A DNA stretch of 64,000 nt, taken from assembly GCA_051362555.1 (NCBI GenBank), contig CM120640.1:17050001-17114000 (forward strand). Reading direction: 5' to 3'. This document shows, piece after piece, positions 1 to 13,100 of this stretch. This stretch comes from Lingula anatina (Eukaryota > Animalia > Brachiopoda). Position numbers and translations under genes: made by a program. Every line of letters starts with the position of its first letter. Positions within the stretch are counted from its first letter, which is position 1. Below the pieces are notes generated by a model. It ran no database searches. It worked only from the letters and a program-made list of their open reading frames with translations, and was not told the origin of the DNA.

Positions 1-3000
1 GATTATAAAAGCCGCCATATGTTTTATTATCTCCAACAGTAAACGGCTTCCCAAGTTTATCAGCACCCAGTTCAGCTGCCACACACAGCAACTGGTCGGT
101 GTCTGTCACAGACTGGCATGGTACAAGTCCTTGGATCTTGGTATCGCTTAGTTCTGAAGCTCGTCGGCGACGTCTCACTTTTATCTCTTTCTCCACTACA
201 ATCCTAGAGTAAAAAGCAATATATTCATTTCATAATGTGTAAAAACCCACACACGTGCGTTTGCTTAATAGTTGTTGACAGGCATCTTCGAAGGATACAG
301 CAGCGATCAGTTGTGCACCATTACCATATGTATTTGAGCTACAGATGCCTCCTCTGAATTAAAATAAATCTATTTGACAAACGCATTTTACAACAAGTGT
401 TATATGTTCCTACCTATACTTGTACACGTCTCCATAGTGCTTGCTTGGTAACATAATGGTAATGCTGGATACCGTTCTTTGCAAAAAGCTTTGCGAGACT
501 GGGGTCACTTCAATATCATTTGGGACTGTAAGGATAAACAATGCCAATTCCATATGCATGGTAACAATTGATGTCACAAATTGTCAAACAAAAAATTGGG
601 CTTCTTTACAGTATTATATGTACTTAATGGACTCTATTGCTTAGATATTTTAAGTTCAAATGTGTTGTTACGGTACAGTAAAGTACTTACCCGCTGGTTT
701 TGTCCAGGTGATAACTTGTGATGAATCCCCATACCCTGCCGATGTTTTGGCCATTAACACACATAAATACTGCGTACCTGGTTTCAACTTACTCACTACG
801 ACTTTTCTTGCTGACATGGTTAGTTCTGCTAATATATTCTTTCCATCAACAGAACATTCAATCTACAATGAATTTCAAGATAACCTTCGGTCACATTCTT
901 TATACCGGGGGTCGGCAATGACTGGATGCAAAATGACCATAAATAAAGACATGGCTATAAAGATGATTCCCCTAGTCAACTACAGTATATTTGTATATAC
1001 AATTGCTTTTTAAGCTACCTTGTATGTTTCGATTACCTTATAGCCTGTTATTTCCCCATTCCTGATAAATGGCTCGTTCCATGAAAACTCCAAAGTTGTA
1101 TCTGATCTGCTGGTGTTGATGAAATTAGTTGGAGGTCCTGGCTCTTAAAATAATTTTAAAACCATTAAGATTACATGTATAAACATTTAGATTATAAATG
1201 CACCACAACAATCTTGTATAACTTTTTAGAAAGGCACTATGTTTCATCCCCCGTTCTTTAATTTAATTTTAGTGTTTGTAGGGCTATGATTGATTAATTT
1301 TTTAAAGTCTAAAATATTAGGTCTATGCTTACTTCCGTCTACAGTTCTAGCCTGTACAGCGTCACTATACTCTCCATTACCGATATTGGTTCCTGCACGG
1401 ATCTGAAAGATAGAAGTTAGACGTTTATATTATTATTATTAAGTGAGTAAAGGTGGGGAATAACTGTCAGTCGATTTTCAGTTTTTTAATAAAAAACGCA
1501 TTAAGAAGGATGAAGAAGAAACACCCTTGCTTATACTATTCCCTTACCTGAAACCTGTATGTCATGTTATACATAAGGTTGCCCACAGATGTCCAATAAG
1601 TGCCGGCGTTCAGTTTCAGTGAATTCTCCCAGTTATTATCTCCCATTCCGTAAGATATATTATACTCTGTTATGATTCCTCCTGGAGGTCGTGGTGCTTT
1701 CCATCGCAACTCTATGGTATTGTGACTTCGACTAACAACAACAGGTGGTGCCATTTTGGGTGGGACTTTAAAAATAAAAGAGATAATATAAAAGCTACCA
1801 ATAATGTCGTTATTGTCATACATTGCGTCACGTCATTTAAAATAAAAAACAATGTAAGGTTACGTAATTATTTTACATGATACCAACAAATATCCCCTTT
1901 CTTTGACGTCCAATAACATTTGGAAAACTAGAGTAACTTTACATAAATCAACTACAAAATTATGCCAATTCTTTGTGTTGTTATTATGACGTTATATATG
2001 TGTTTCAATCTTATGATCAAGCGACTTCGAACAAGCTTGCTAATAAAAAGAAAGAATGCAAAAAAACATCGTTGTGTACTCAGGCCTACCCAACTACCAG
2101 ACTCGGCACCTAAGGATCCTGAATTAACCGGTATACCGGACCACACTACCCGTTTTCAAGGTGTGTGTCAGATCGTATTTCGGAGTATCATACCCCAGAA
2201 CAAATTTTGAAGGACGACTGCGAGCTCATCCACGCTCGACTGAACAACCTGAAACAGTACTCTTACTTTAGAGTACTCTATTTCATTGTCTCTATGGGGG
2301 TATATGGGGACTTTACGACATTCGGTTTGAATGTTTTAACCACTTTTGATAGGGCTATTTTGCATTGTATTAGATTAATGTGGCAGTCTAAGGTTCATCT
2401 AGGTGGCTTTCAAATTTATGCACCCGGTTTAAAAATCATATAGCGATTAAATACGACAATCGTTTACTATCCAATCAAGGTGACAGCCGAGCGTGGGCTC
2501 ATCCTGTCGGTGTTCTGACTGATACTCCGAAATGCGATCTGACACACACCTTGAAAACGGGTAGTGTGGTCCGATATACCGGTTAATTCAGGATCCTTAG
2601 GTGCCGAGTCTGGTAGTTGGTTAGGCCTGGTATTTACTCCCTTCCGGTGTGAATTTATAGATCTGACGCATTGGCCCTTCCAGATTCAGATTGTTCAGCG
2701 CTGATATGTTGATTGTATAATTACTGTAGGGAATAAGCTTATCTATGATGATTTCTTTTGATACGGGTACATCTGTGATTTCTACTGTTTGATTATCGCC
2801 ATACTCCCCTTCGTAGCTCAGCTTCAGTTGTGAGAATCCATCACATCTGTGAACTGCTTCAGTCATTCTCTGAAACAAATCAACCGAGTATATCTTTGTC
2901 ATTGTAATATGCATTAAAGTTTAAAGTATTTTGATATTAAAGTAAACATACAGTTACCACTAGCTAACATTGCCATTTTTGCAACGATAAAGTTGGTTAT

Positions 3001-6000
3001 TTTTATCATTCGCTGAATAGTTAGGAAATATTTATGTTTGGGATTTTTAAATAAAATCCTTCTTCTTTATCTCTATATTTATATAAAACAAATTGAAAAT
3101 AAGTGTTAAAACCAGGCGGCGCACAGTGTGTCGGGGGCTCCCCCCTACATTTACGTGAGCTTCGGAGATACCCTCATTCTACCTTACTCCATAAAAAAAA
3201 GATATCAAAATCCAAAAATTGTCAAAACCTAGTAATTTTACCTTCCCTGCACCTTATATACCAGTACACGTATAACAGCAAAATCTTGGATACAAAGATA
3301 TAATACAAAGATATAGTGAAATTATTTTCTTCGTGTGCTTGCATACCTGTATATGGTTGCTTTTACAAACATAATTAAATCCCCACGCAAACACACACAA
3401 ACACACCTGTGTTGTTATCTTTATCTGAGCAGTGGTTTTCTGGCCTGTTACATCAGAAGCAACAGTGGGCTGCGGGACTAATCCTGGAACTATGTAAGTA
3501 TCTAGTGTTCTTGTATTAATATTTCTTAATGGATTTTCTTTTTAATCCAAGCCTATATCGACAAGTTATAAAACCATAACTTAATATAACAATGTTGACA
3601 ATGACAGAAAAACGTTTAATTTCCTTGTAAACAATAAATTATGCACCAAAACACGCGTACGTATGTTACTTCTAAATTACAGTGTACCTCCACATGTTTC
3701 TTTCGTAACACTCGGGCTCTGCTGTCCATTATTTCCTTCCTCATCCACTATAGTCACAGTGAAATTATAAGCAGTGTATTCGGCAAGGTGGCCAATGGTC
3801 AGCGACGTTGTGGACACAGACGTGGTCTTGTTGCTGCTTGTGATGTGACCGTCTTTCCATGCACTGACGTTATAACTGTTCACACTCCCTACTCCCGGGT
3901 ACCTGTCCGGAGACCAGCTGTCCCAGGCTAGGGTGACAGAATGAGCTGTTCTCGAGGACACCGTGGGTGCATGCGTTAGTTTCGGTCTTTCTGTGTAAAA
4001 TTCAAATTATATTTGAATATTCTTTTAAAAAATCAAAATTTATACTGTGCAAGATAAGACGGTCGTATCCAAACAGAAGTACTGCACACGTTTTTCGATA
4101 CTCGGATTGACATAAAATTTTAATAAACTTTAAATTACCGGTTTGATGAAATGTACACCGTACATTCTAGGTATATTCCAGTTTTTCTAGGTATATTCCA
4201 GATACCTAGAAAAACTGCAAACAAAAACAACCACACGCTGCCGACCTCTAAAAACGACCCCTGTCAGGATCCATTATATATATATGTATCGTGAAGGATC
4301 GGCAGCCTGATGGGGCTTAATTTCAGGTGTCAGGAGCTTATTTTCTATTGAGTTTCCCCGTTATCACAAAATTGAATATTATTTTGAAGTATCATGATAT
4401 GCCCTTTATCGCTTCTTATATACATGTAGCTCTGGCGGGGGATGCAAGCACAGGCAGTTTTATTGATATGCATTTCAAAGTACTTTTTACCTTGATGACA
4501 TCCATAGCCTTTCCAGTAGTTTTGACACCCAGAAGGGCATCTATAACCAGTGGGTATACTACAGATGAAATTTTCGGCACAGTGGCATGAAAAGTTGCAT
4601 GTTGAACCAAACATTCCTAATGGGCACTCTTGATTTATATATTGAAAAAAAAAACGAGAATGTATTATGGTCAGTTTTTAAGACACGTATTGTAAAAGCA
4701 GCCGCAGTGAATTTTTAATTGAATAAAACCTTGAGAAAATCCCAAAGAATTGACCACTCGTTGTACTCCAGAATGAAGATATTTACTTCAGTTGTTATAA
4801 GATATGGAAGCTGCAGTGGAATAAGTGAACAAAGCCATAACATAAATAGCGACAACAGCAGTTGAAATGTTGTTATTGTTTTCAGATGACTTTACCTGTT
4901 TGACACGTGTTATTTTGATTCCTCCAACCATCCGCACAACCAGATGTACAAGCACCTGTACGCCTGTCACACACTTCTGCTGTGTTCTTACAGTTACAAC
5001 CATATCTACATTCTGGACCAAACTTCCAATTGTCACAATCTGAAATAGTGAGAGTCCGTGTTCTTTAAAACACTTTTAAATTGTTCAGGCAGCATAAACC
5101 AATTGAAACAAAGAAGCGACTTAAAGTAATATCAAGGGAGAAATGCTTGCTCACTGGAAAATTAATATTTGTTTAGAGAAAAAGAGCCCGGAAATAAAGA
5201 AACGCCAGCATATATTTTATGCAAGGTATAGTCATGCTCAGGCCCGTTACTAAATAGCCAGTAATATCATGGATTTCACGAATGCTTGCAAGTTTTATAA
5301 TGTCGGTTATTTACCTTGGTATTTGTATCCTTTCACCAGCACCTCACAGAGAGTCAATTCCTTTGGAGGGTTGTTATTCAGACTGATCCTCACAAACTGT
5401 CCCACTACAGGCGTAGGGTTACAGGAAAATTCAACGGTGCCACCTAGCGGTAACGGTTCTACTCGACTGGCACAATGATTAGATGTGTTGTTTGGTAACA
5501 CCGCATTGATTTCAATATTCCTCAAGTTATAACCGCCTGGCAGATATAATAAAACAATTATATACACACACTTTTTCAAAAGGTTGTCCCACTTTCATTC
5601 CACTGAAATTTTGTTCACTAATGATCACGTGGCAGCTGTAAATCTTTTCAATTAGTATTTTTCTTTAATTTCAGATACCATATGTAGGGGAGACCGGGGC
5701 TAGTTGGCCCAGTTAGACACTTTTGGCCTTGTAGAGCCAACTAGGAATGGGTTAGAGTAACAAACCCGGTTTCAAAGTAAGCCCCATGAACTAAGCTACG
5801 TATGCAACGCCATTATTTTTCAAAAATAATGCCAGATGGCTCACAATTTGACAAAAAACGCAGTTGACGTCAAGGGGGTCAACTTGCCCCGCCGCGGGTC
5901 AAGTTGGCCCCAGGGTCGGGGCAAGTTGGCCCCCCTATACGAAGATGAACTATATATCCCATGTAAACGCTTTGAAATACATTTTTATACATTTTTAATT

Positions 6001-7065
6001 TATTAAATTGATTATTGAGAGTCTTTGATGAATAAATAGTTCAAATGAGGCAGATTTATTGAGGTTTCCGTACGTCACGTTGTGGGGGGGGGGGGGGGGG
6101 GGTATGTGTTGCAAGAACCAAAAAATCTATCAATAAAATTTGTTTTGTTTTAATTAAGAATAAATTAATAATGGTATAAAGCAGGTTTTTAATGAATGAA
6201 AACGAATAATAAATTTACGTTTTAAAAGAAAATAACAAATTCAGTTTTAAACCATTGAGTTTGTTTCAACAATGGGAGGGGTGGAAAATCCCCTTGGGGC
6301 CACATATAACACTATAAATACAATAAAATCACCTTACAATAGTCCTTACAATGAATTAAGGCAAAATAAATGTTTTTCTAAGGAAAGTCCAATGGATTTG
6401 CTTTCTAATACATACAACCATCAGAACATTTCTAATATAAATTTTCGAAAAGACACCAGAGAGCAAATTAAAAAAAATCAATCAGACGGTAAACACCGGC
6501 AAGCTTTGTCAATTTCACCAACTTGTTTATTTCAAGAAGTTAAAACTTCTTGTTTATTTCAAACAACGTTGCGCGCAAAGGATTGTGGGTAATATGAGGG
6601 TCCAACTAGCCCCGGGTGCACATTATTTATTTTAAGGGATGGCAGCCATTTATGGTGCTAGAATGAGCAACGATGATACATATCTGTGAAACTTGAAACA
6701 ATGATCTTCAGTTTGATGCCCTATACATATCTTATATTCGATCAAAAGCCTATGAAAATAGATTTTTAAATCGCTTAAACAAAATTACTTTTAGGTGCAA
6801 AAATAGTTTATTTGGACTCACCGCTTAATTAAAACTTTTTAACGGCCGACACTTCCTTAGTATTCAGGGGCGGATCCAGAGCTATATACTGACAGTCTTC
6901 CAAATTATCTTTGTTGATTCATCCTCCAATTTTGACCGTCTTCCAACATTAAAAATTGGATACCCGTCAATGTAAACTTGAAAATCTGACCGTCTTCTGG
7001 AAGATCCAGAAGACGGCCTAAATCCGCCCCTGGTATTGTAGGCTATCTTTACAAGAGTATGTGGC

Positions 7066-7115
<50 letters not shown>

Positions 7116-10100
7116 TGCAATAGAAAAAAAGCAAGTACATAAATTTCCAATTTTTTTTTTTATTGCAATAGAAAAAAAGCAAGTACATAAATTTCCAATT
7201 TTTTTTTTTATTGCAATAGAAAAAAAGCAAGTACATAAATTTTTACAAGCACACAATATTCATTACAATACCAAAGTCCACAAGGATTTAACGAATAAGA
7301 AAATTATAGTCAATAATTTGTATACATGCAACTACACAAATCCATATATACCCCTCCATTTCTGCCATATAACATTGAATTTATCTAAGTCTTGAGATAC
7401 AATGTATTTTTGCTTATAGATTTTGTATATATTTTCTAAATAAAGTTGAAGTTTTGTGAGTAACAGTGCGTCTTTCTGACATTTTGTTTTGTATATGAAA
7501 AACTTAATGTGTATAGTCATGATTATATTGGATACATTACGTTCATTAATGTCAATTAAAATAAACTGTATATTACTGAAATTTAAATATATATTACAAG
7601 AAATTAACCATGCTTCTACTTGGCGTAAGAAGTTTTGTACAATATTACAATCCCAAAGTATATGATATATAGTTTCTACCTCCTCGTGGCAAAATTCTTT
7701 ATATGAATAAAGTCTACCTTTTTCATTGATAAGATCGTTCACTTGTCTAAATCCTTTATCATACATCTCTTTATGGAACAGCGTCTCTTTATATATCCTC
7801 AAAGAGTCACTGTACCATAAGGGGACTTTATTCAACTCGGTCATTTGTTCTTTTTTTTTCAACAATTCCTGCCAAGCTAAAAAAACATCCTTCCAAAATA
7901 AATTCTGTGTGCCTGTTTGACAGAAGCGCAAATATTCACAACCACAGTTTAGCATCAAGTCTAATTTATATCTATGCAAAAGGATATTTTGCCAAATACC
8001 CTCCCTATTTATCAACCGTCTCACCCAAGTTAATTTTAATGCAATTATTGAAGCTTCTACGTTTATCATATTTAGTCCTCCATTTAGAACTTGAACTTGA
8101 TTAGAACTTGATTTAGAAAGTCCCATGATATACTTTCGAATGCCTTCTCAAAATCTATTAGAAGTAATATTCCAGGTACATGGTTTTCCTCAGTATATTG
8201 CATGAGATCATAGATTAAACGAGTATTTTCCCCTATGTATCTCCCTTTTAGGAAACCAGTCTGTTCTTTACTTATCAGTTTATCCAATACCGTTTTTATT
8301 CTACTTGATACGACACCTGAGGCAATCTTGTAAACGGTATTCAATAGTGTAATAGGGCGCCAATTTTTTAAAAATTGTTTTGGTCTATCCTCCTTCGGAA
8401 TGCATGTTATGATTCCCTCCCTTTGGGTGACAGAGAGCTGCCCATGTGTAAGACCATAATTTAAAGATCGTATAACAAAGGTCCCTACTTTCGCCCAAAA
8501 AAACTTTAAGAATTCCACAGTAAATCCGTCCGAACCTGGACTTTTATCGTTTCTCATTTTTGTGAGGAATATCTTGGCTTCAACATTAGTTATTGGACCT
8601 TCTAGGCTTTCCCTCTCATCTGTAGTCAGTTTTGGTACATTAAAATCTTTTAAATTTGTTTGCCAATCAATATCAGCACACTGTGTATTTTCTGAGTACA
8701 ATTTTTCGTAAAACTTTTTTGTTTCTTTTAAGATTTCATTCTGCTCAGTAATATATTCATTTTCACCAACCTGTAGTCGGGGAATAATTTTTTGTGTAAA
8801 TTTTCTTTTTTCAAGGCTAAAGAAATATTTTGTGGGTTTTTCTCCCTCAGTTAACCATTTCTCGCGCGATCTAATAATACTACCTTTTAACCTTGCACTT
8901 CTCATCTCAACTAACTGTTGTTTTTTCCTTTCTAATTCTAGTTGAAGACGGGCATCACACTTTTCATAATCTTCTGTTAATTGTTCCATTTCTTTCATAA
9001 GCCCTTTTTCTACCTCTTGTAATTTTTTCTTTTTAAAACATGCATACGAAATAGTCGTTCCTCTTAAACGTAAAAGCAAAAGTTCTAGAAACATCTGATC
9101 ATTCACCATAAACTGCAATTCCTGGTCAGGAATGTTGTCAACATTTTCAAGATTGTATATAGGAATGCAATATTCTTTTTTAAAATCTCGTATGGATTCA
9201 TTAATTTTTTCGACATAGGTCATGTCGTATAGAAGGGAATTATTAAATTTCCAGAGTCCTCTTCCTCGCTTAAAACTGTCAAATTTTACTTGAAGTTTAA
9301 TTGGTGAGTGATCTGATCTATAACTAAGTAGGGTGCTAACTGAGACCAAATTTGGAACTAAATTATCTGAGGTGAGAAAGAAATCCAGCCTGGCTTGTTT
9401 AACTGGATTTCTTTTGCGCCAAGTGAAATTAGACACATTCCCATATAGTTCTCTAAATGGGTCTAAATAGCCGTTTTCTTTTATCATATTTAAAACACTT
9501 AATCTTGCCTTAGGGTTATTTATCCGTGAATAATTATAGTAATCAGTATCTGGATTCAAAACCAGGTTAAAATCTCCACAAATTATTTGAAATTCGCTGT
9601 CCATTTCATCGATCTTTTTGAAAAGGTTTTCAAAGAATGCGGGGTTATCAGTGTTAGGACCATAGATATTTGCAACTGTTACTATTTTATCATCAACGTC
9701 AAATTTCAGAATAAGCATATTCCCGGATTCGTCCTTGAATTCCTGTAGCAATTTAAAAGTTATGTTATTTTGTAGTAGAATTGCTACGCCTCGGGCGTTT
9801 GAGGTATAAGAACTGAAATAAGCTTCGTAACCCCATTCATTCCTTATCTGAGCTTCTTTTTCATAAGTAAAATGTGTATCCTGTAAACAGAGGATATTAC
9901 ATTTCAAATTTCGTAAATATTGAAAGACGTCTTTCTCTTCTCAAAACTCCCCATACCTTGACAGTTTACGCTGATAATGTCTATCATTTCAAGTTGTAAG
10001 CTATATTAATATTCCATGTGACTGCAACATCGTCTAGCGGGGTCTCCCTCGTCTTCCTCTCTCGGCACGGTCTGACAGGCTGCGAGCGCGTTGTTGACCC

Positions 10101-13100
10101 GTGGCATGAATCACATCCTGCTGAGAAGTATTTGTTCCACGTGCCGTGCTCTGATGCATGTCGGGTGGGATAAACTCACGATCGTCAATATATAATTTAT
10201 CCATCACCAAAACAGCCTTCTTTCCATCCCTTTTTGCTGCTCTCAAATGGGTCATCAAAAGTTTTCTCTTTTCGTTGATCTCCTTCGGGAATTGTTCGTT
10301 TACTCCAAAGGGTTTGCCAACTAGGGTGCGCGGCGCGGCTTTCCTCACCATCTCCCGATCTCGATAGGATGAAAATTTTGCTACTATCGGTCGATGTCTA
10401 CCATTTATTCTCCTTCCTATCCTGTGCACTCGATCAAAGTTTATGTCTTCGTCAAACCGCATCTCTTTTTTGAGGAAATTCTGTAATAAATTTTCCGGTA
10501 ATTCGTTGTTTTCCTCCTTAATTCCGGTGAAAATTAAATTGTCCCGCATCGACCTTGCCTGTAACAACACGTGACGATCACGTAACTCATTCAGTTTTTC
10601 AGTCATATTTACTATGTCAGATCTGAGTTGTACATTTTCTTTTTGCAGCTCTACTTCATTTATTTGTATCTCTTTTAAAACGGTTTTTGTTTCATCGTTA
10701 TTCAAGTCATTCTCGTCCAATTTGTCACACGCAAATTTCACACTTTTCTCTAGTTCATTTACGTGTTGTCTTAGATCTTCTACTTCAGTTGTGACCTTAT
10801 GAATCCGTAATTCAAAAACGTCAAGTTTACTTTCAATAACGTCTAGTTTCTCAAGTTTTTGGCACATTTTTTCTAAAGTTTGTGCTATGTCTTCAATCTT
10901 TGAGTCGTGGACTGCTTGCTGAGTACTTATCGTTCTTGTTTGAGGGTTTGCTGGCGTAACACGGAAAGTATCGTTGTTATTCATGACTTTATTGGGCGCC
11001 GCAGGCGTTGAACAAAGCTGTGCTAGCGTGAAATCCTCACTGCTTTGAGAATTGCTCATCACCGCGATCTTATTACAACTACTCAGGCTTTCTTCTTCAC
11101 TGCCAGATTTTGATTCTTTTTTCCTCTTTTTTCCTATCTTTCTCTTCTTTTTAGCGTTATAGGACATTCCAAAAAGGTTCACTTATAGTTCATACGTAAT
11201 CCAGTCATTTTTTAATACCTTCTGATCAACCAAAAAGTGTTCAAAACTCACTTTTACCGGAGAGGTTTTGACCCTTGTGTGTGCTTGTCTCGGCCTCGTT
11301 TTCGTTTTTTTTACCTCGTAGTTACTTTTTCATAAAATGACGGGGGGGCCAACTTACCCCGGGGTCCAACTAGCCCCGGTCTCCCCTAACATGACTTCAG
11401 GTACAGAAAAGCAAAAATACTTGCGAAAAATATGCACCCTATCAAATATGATGTTCCACAATGGATTACATTGCTGTTAAGAATGACCAGAATATCGATA
11501 GACACCGCCAAATGTCATCATATACATAGCAAGTTAGCGGTAGAATGTGTTCTTTAAAATTCGCGTCTAATCACGTTCGTGTCTACCGCGTACTGCAATT
11601 ATCCCATGTAGGCTGCGCGGCATGTCCCCAACAAGGGTTACAAGTCCGTGTTATTAGATATTGTCCCATTCCTCCTAAACAACTCGATGGAGTTTTTCCA
11701 GATTATAATTAAGGGGTTGATTCTTCGTTTCTCGCACACTCCGATTCAGACCTCAGGTTCTCAAAAGTGTTTTAAAATATTAAAGTGTTAGGACTCTGAG
11801 ATAGTTGTTTTTTTTCTCTCAAAAAATTGCCTTGCTGCAGCAAATCAATGACCAGACGAAAACTTTGAAAAAATGCGTTGTCATGTTATCATATTAGAGG
11901 GGGTGCATGTTCTTTATTTGAATAAATGGTATGAAATGTTGATATCTTCGCCAGTATTTTGGCGTATCTGTAGGCCTACCTTTTGTTGGATATGATACCT
12001 CGAAAAAAATACTATTCAAAAAGATATGCAAATGTCACGTGATCATTTGTAAACAAAAACACCTGGAAATGTAGATGGGACAACCTTTTTGTTCAATTAG
12101 TGGGCAAGGTTAAATTATATTTCTAAAAAAAGCAGCGTATTCTCTACATCGTCAATCACACAAAAGTATCATCTTTACAATCATCATTAACACAAAGTGG
12201 TTGTCAGACATTACCAATCACGTAATATATAACAAAACAATTACTTAGGCCTGCCCTGTTCACCAATGTCACGGAATAGATGGAGTACGTGTTGCCAAGA
12301 TCAACTTTCCACCATGGATTGGGTTCAGGCCGTGTATGTGAGCAACTGCCAGCACTGAGATCCGTGTTTGTATTGCCATCTATGGCGTATTCAGGAAGAA
12401 TTCCAGGGGTGTGATTAATAGTACTAGATTGACTAGCAATCTTCCCAAAGGCTATGTTATCTGAAATAATAATATTAAAAAGTAAATGCCTACTTCAAAC
12501 GATAATTGCTGCTTAATTTGGAAGTCATTGATATACAACACAAAACATGTATCTGATATCAAATTAAAAAATGTGACCACACATACTACCCAGTACTCCT
12601 ACGACTATCATCATTATTCCTACAAACCGCTGCATTCAACATAAAAGTATTGCTTTAACAACGAAACGCATATTTCTTGTTGTAGGGTATATACAGAATA
12701 AATAAATCCTTCGATGGTAATAATTTTAATTTTAATCTTAAAAGCTTAATTCGCATTGGCAATTACGCGAAAGTATAAGGTATATTTTACATGGATAAGT
12801 ATACCCTCGAACAATGACTTCGCACAACTGCAAAGATTGAGATCCAGATTTTGAGAACTTGACAAAGCGACCGAGAACTGGGGGATGCACCGTTAACTCG
12901 AAAGAACAACTGCCTGGTAATTGTACGTTCCCTTGTTGGGTTGTATCATTCCCAATATACATGCTGATAACCGGATTTGTTTGACCTTGAAACAAAAAAT
13001 AACACACATTATTGATACCTATCCGTATTTAAGACACGACCTGCACTTAAAGAGATAATAACTGTTCGTTTTGGCCAAAATATGAATTTTCCCGGAGTAA

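Larger units (their letters stand above)
7069..11290 (-). mobile_element. L1/Tx1-clade non-LTR retrotransposon (copy 1), apparently 5'-complete but internally deleted
   Basis: ORF1 plus ORF2 remnants (APE, RT, CCHC) and a poly(A) tail at 7069-7113. The 5' end is approximate and no long TSD was found. Confidence 0.9.
5687..11386. mobile_element. Non-autonomous Tc1/mariner-pogo-like DNA element (21-bp perfect TIR, TA TSD) hosting a MITE and a Tx1/L1 element
   Basis: TA|ggggagaccggggctagttgg ... ccaactagccccggtctcccc|TA, with internal subterminal copies of the ccaact.gcccc motif. Confidence 0.85.
5581..12086. mobile_element. Old DNA transposon with degenerate ~100-bp TIRs (AGGTTGTCCCA..., Kolobok-like); outer shell of a nest
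   Basis: 5581 aggttgtcccactttcattcc...atgatcacgtg matches the reverse complement of about 12000-12086 (cacgtgatcat...gatgggacaacct). The gene A intron (43768-43929) lacks it. No clean TTAA TSD, so the superfamily is uncertain. Confidence 0.6.

Noticed and set aside
4327-4590. Plus-strand 87-aa ORF nearly identical to 42525-42788
   Set aside because: Explained by the converted tract and the antisense EGF exon; no evidence for a separate gene.
7110-7235. Short direct-repeat array that could be taken for CRISPR
   Set aside because: No unique spacers, no cas genes, eukaryotic context.
6882-7256. ORFs with repeated NLCTCFFSIAIKKK and poly-Lys
   Set aside because: Translation of the triplicated LINE 3' end and poly(A) tail, not a protein.
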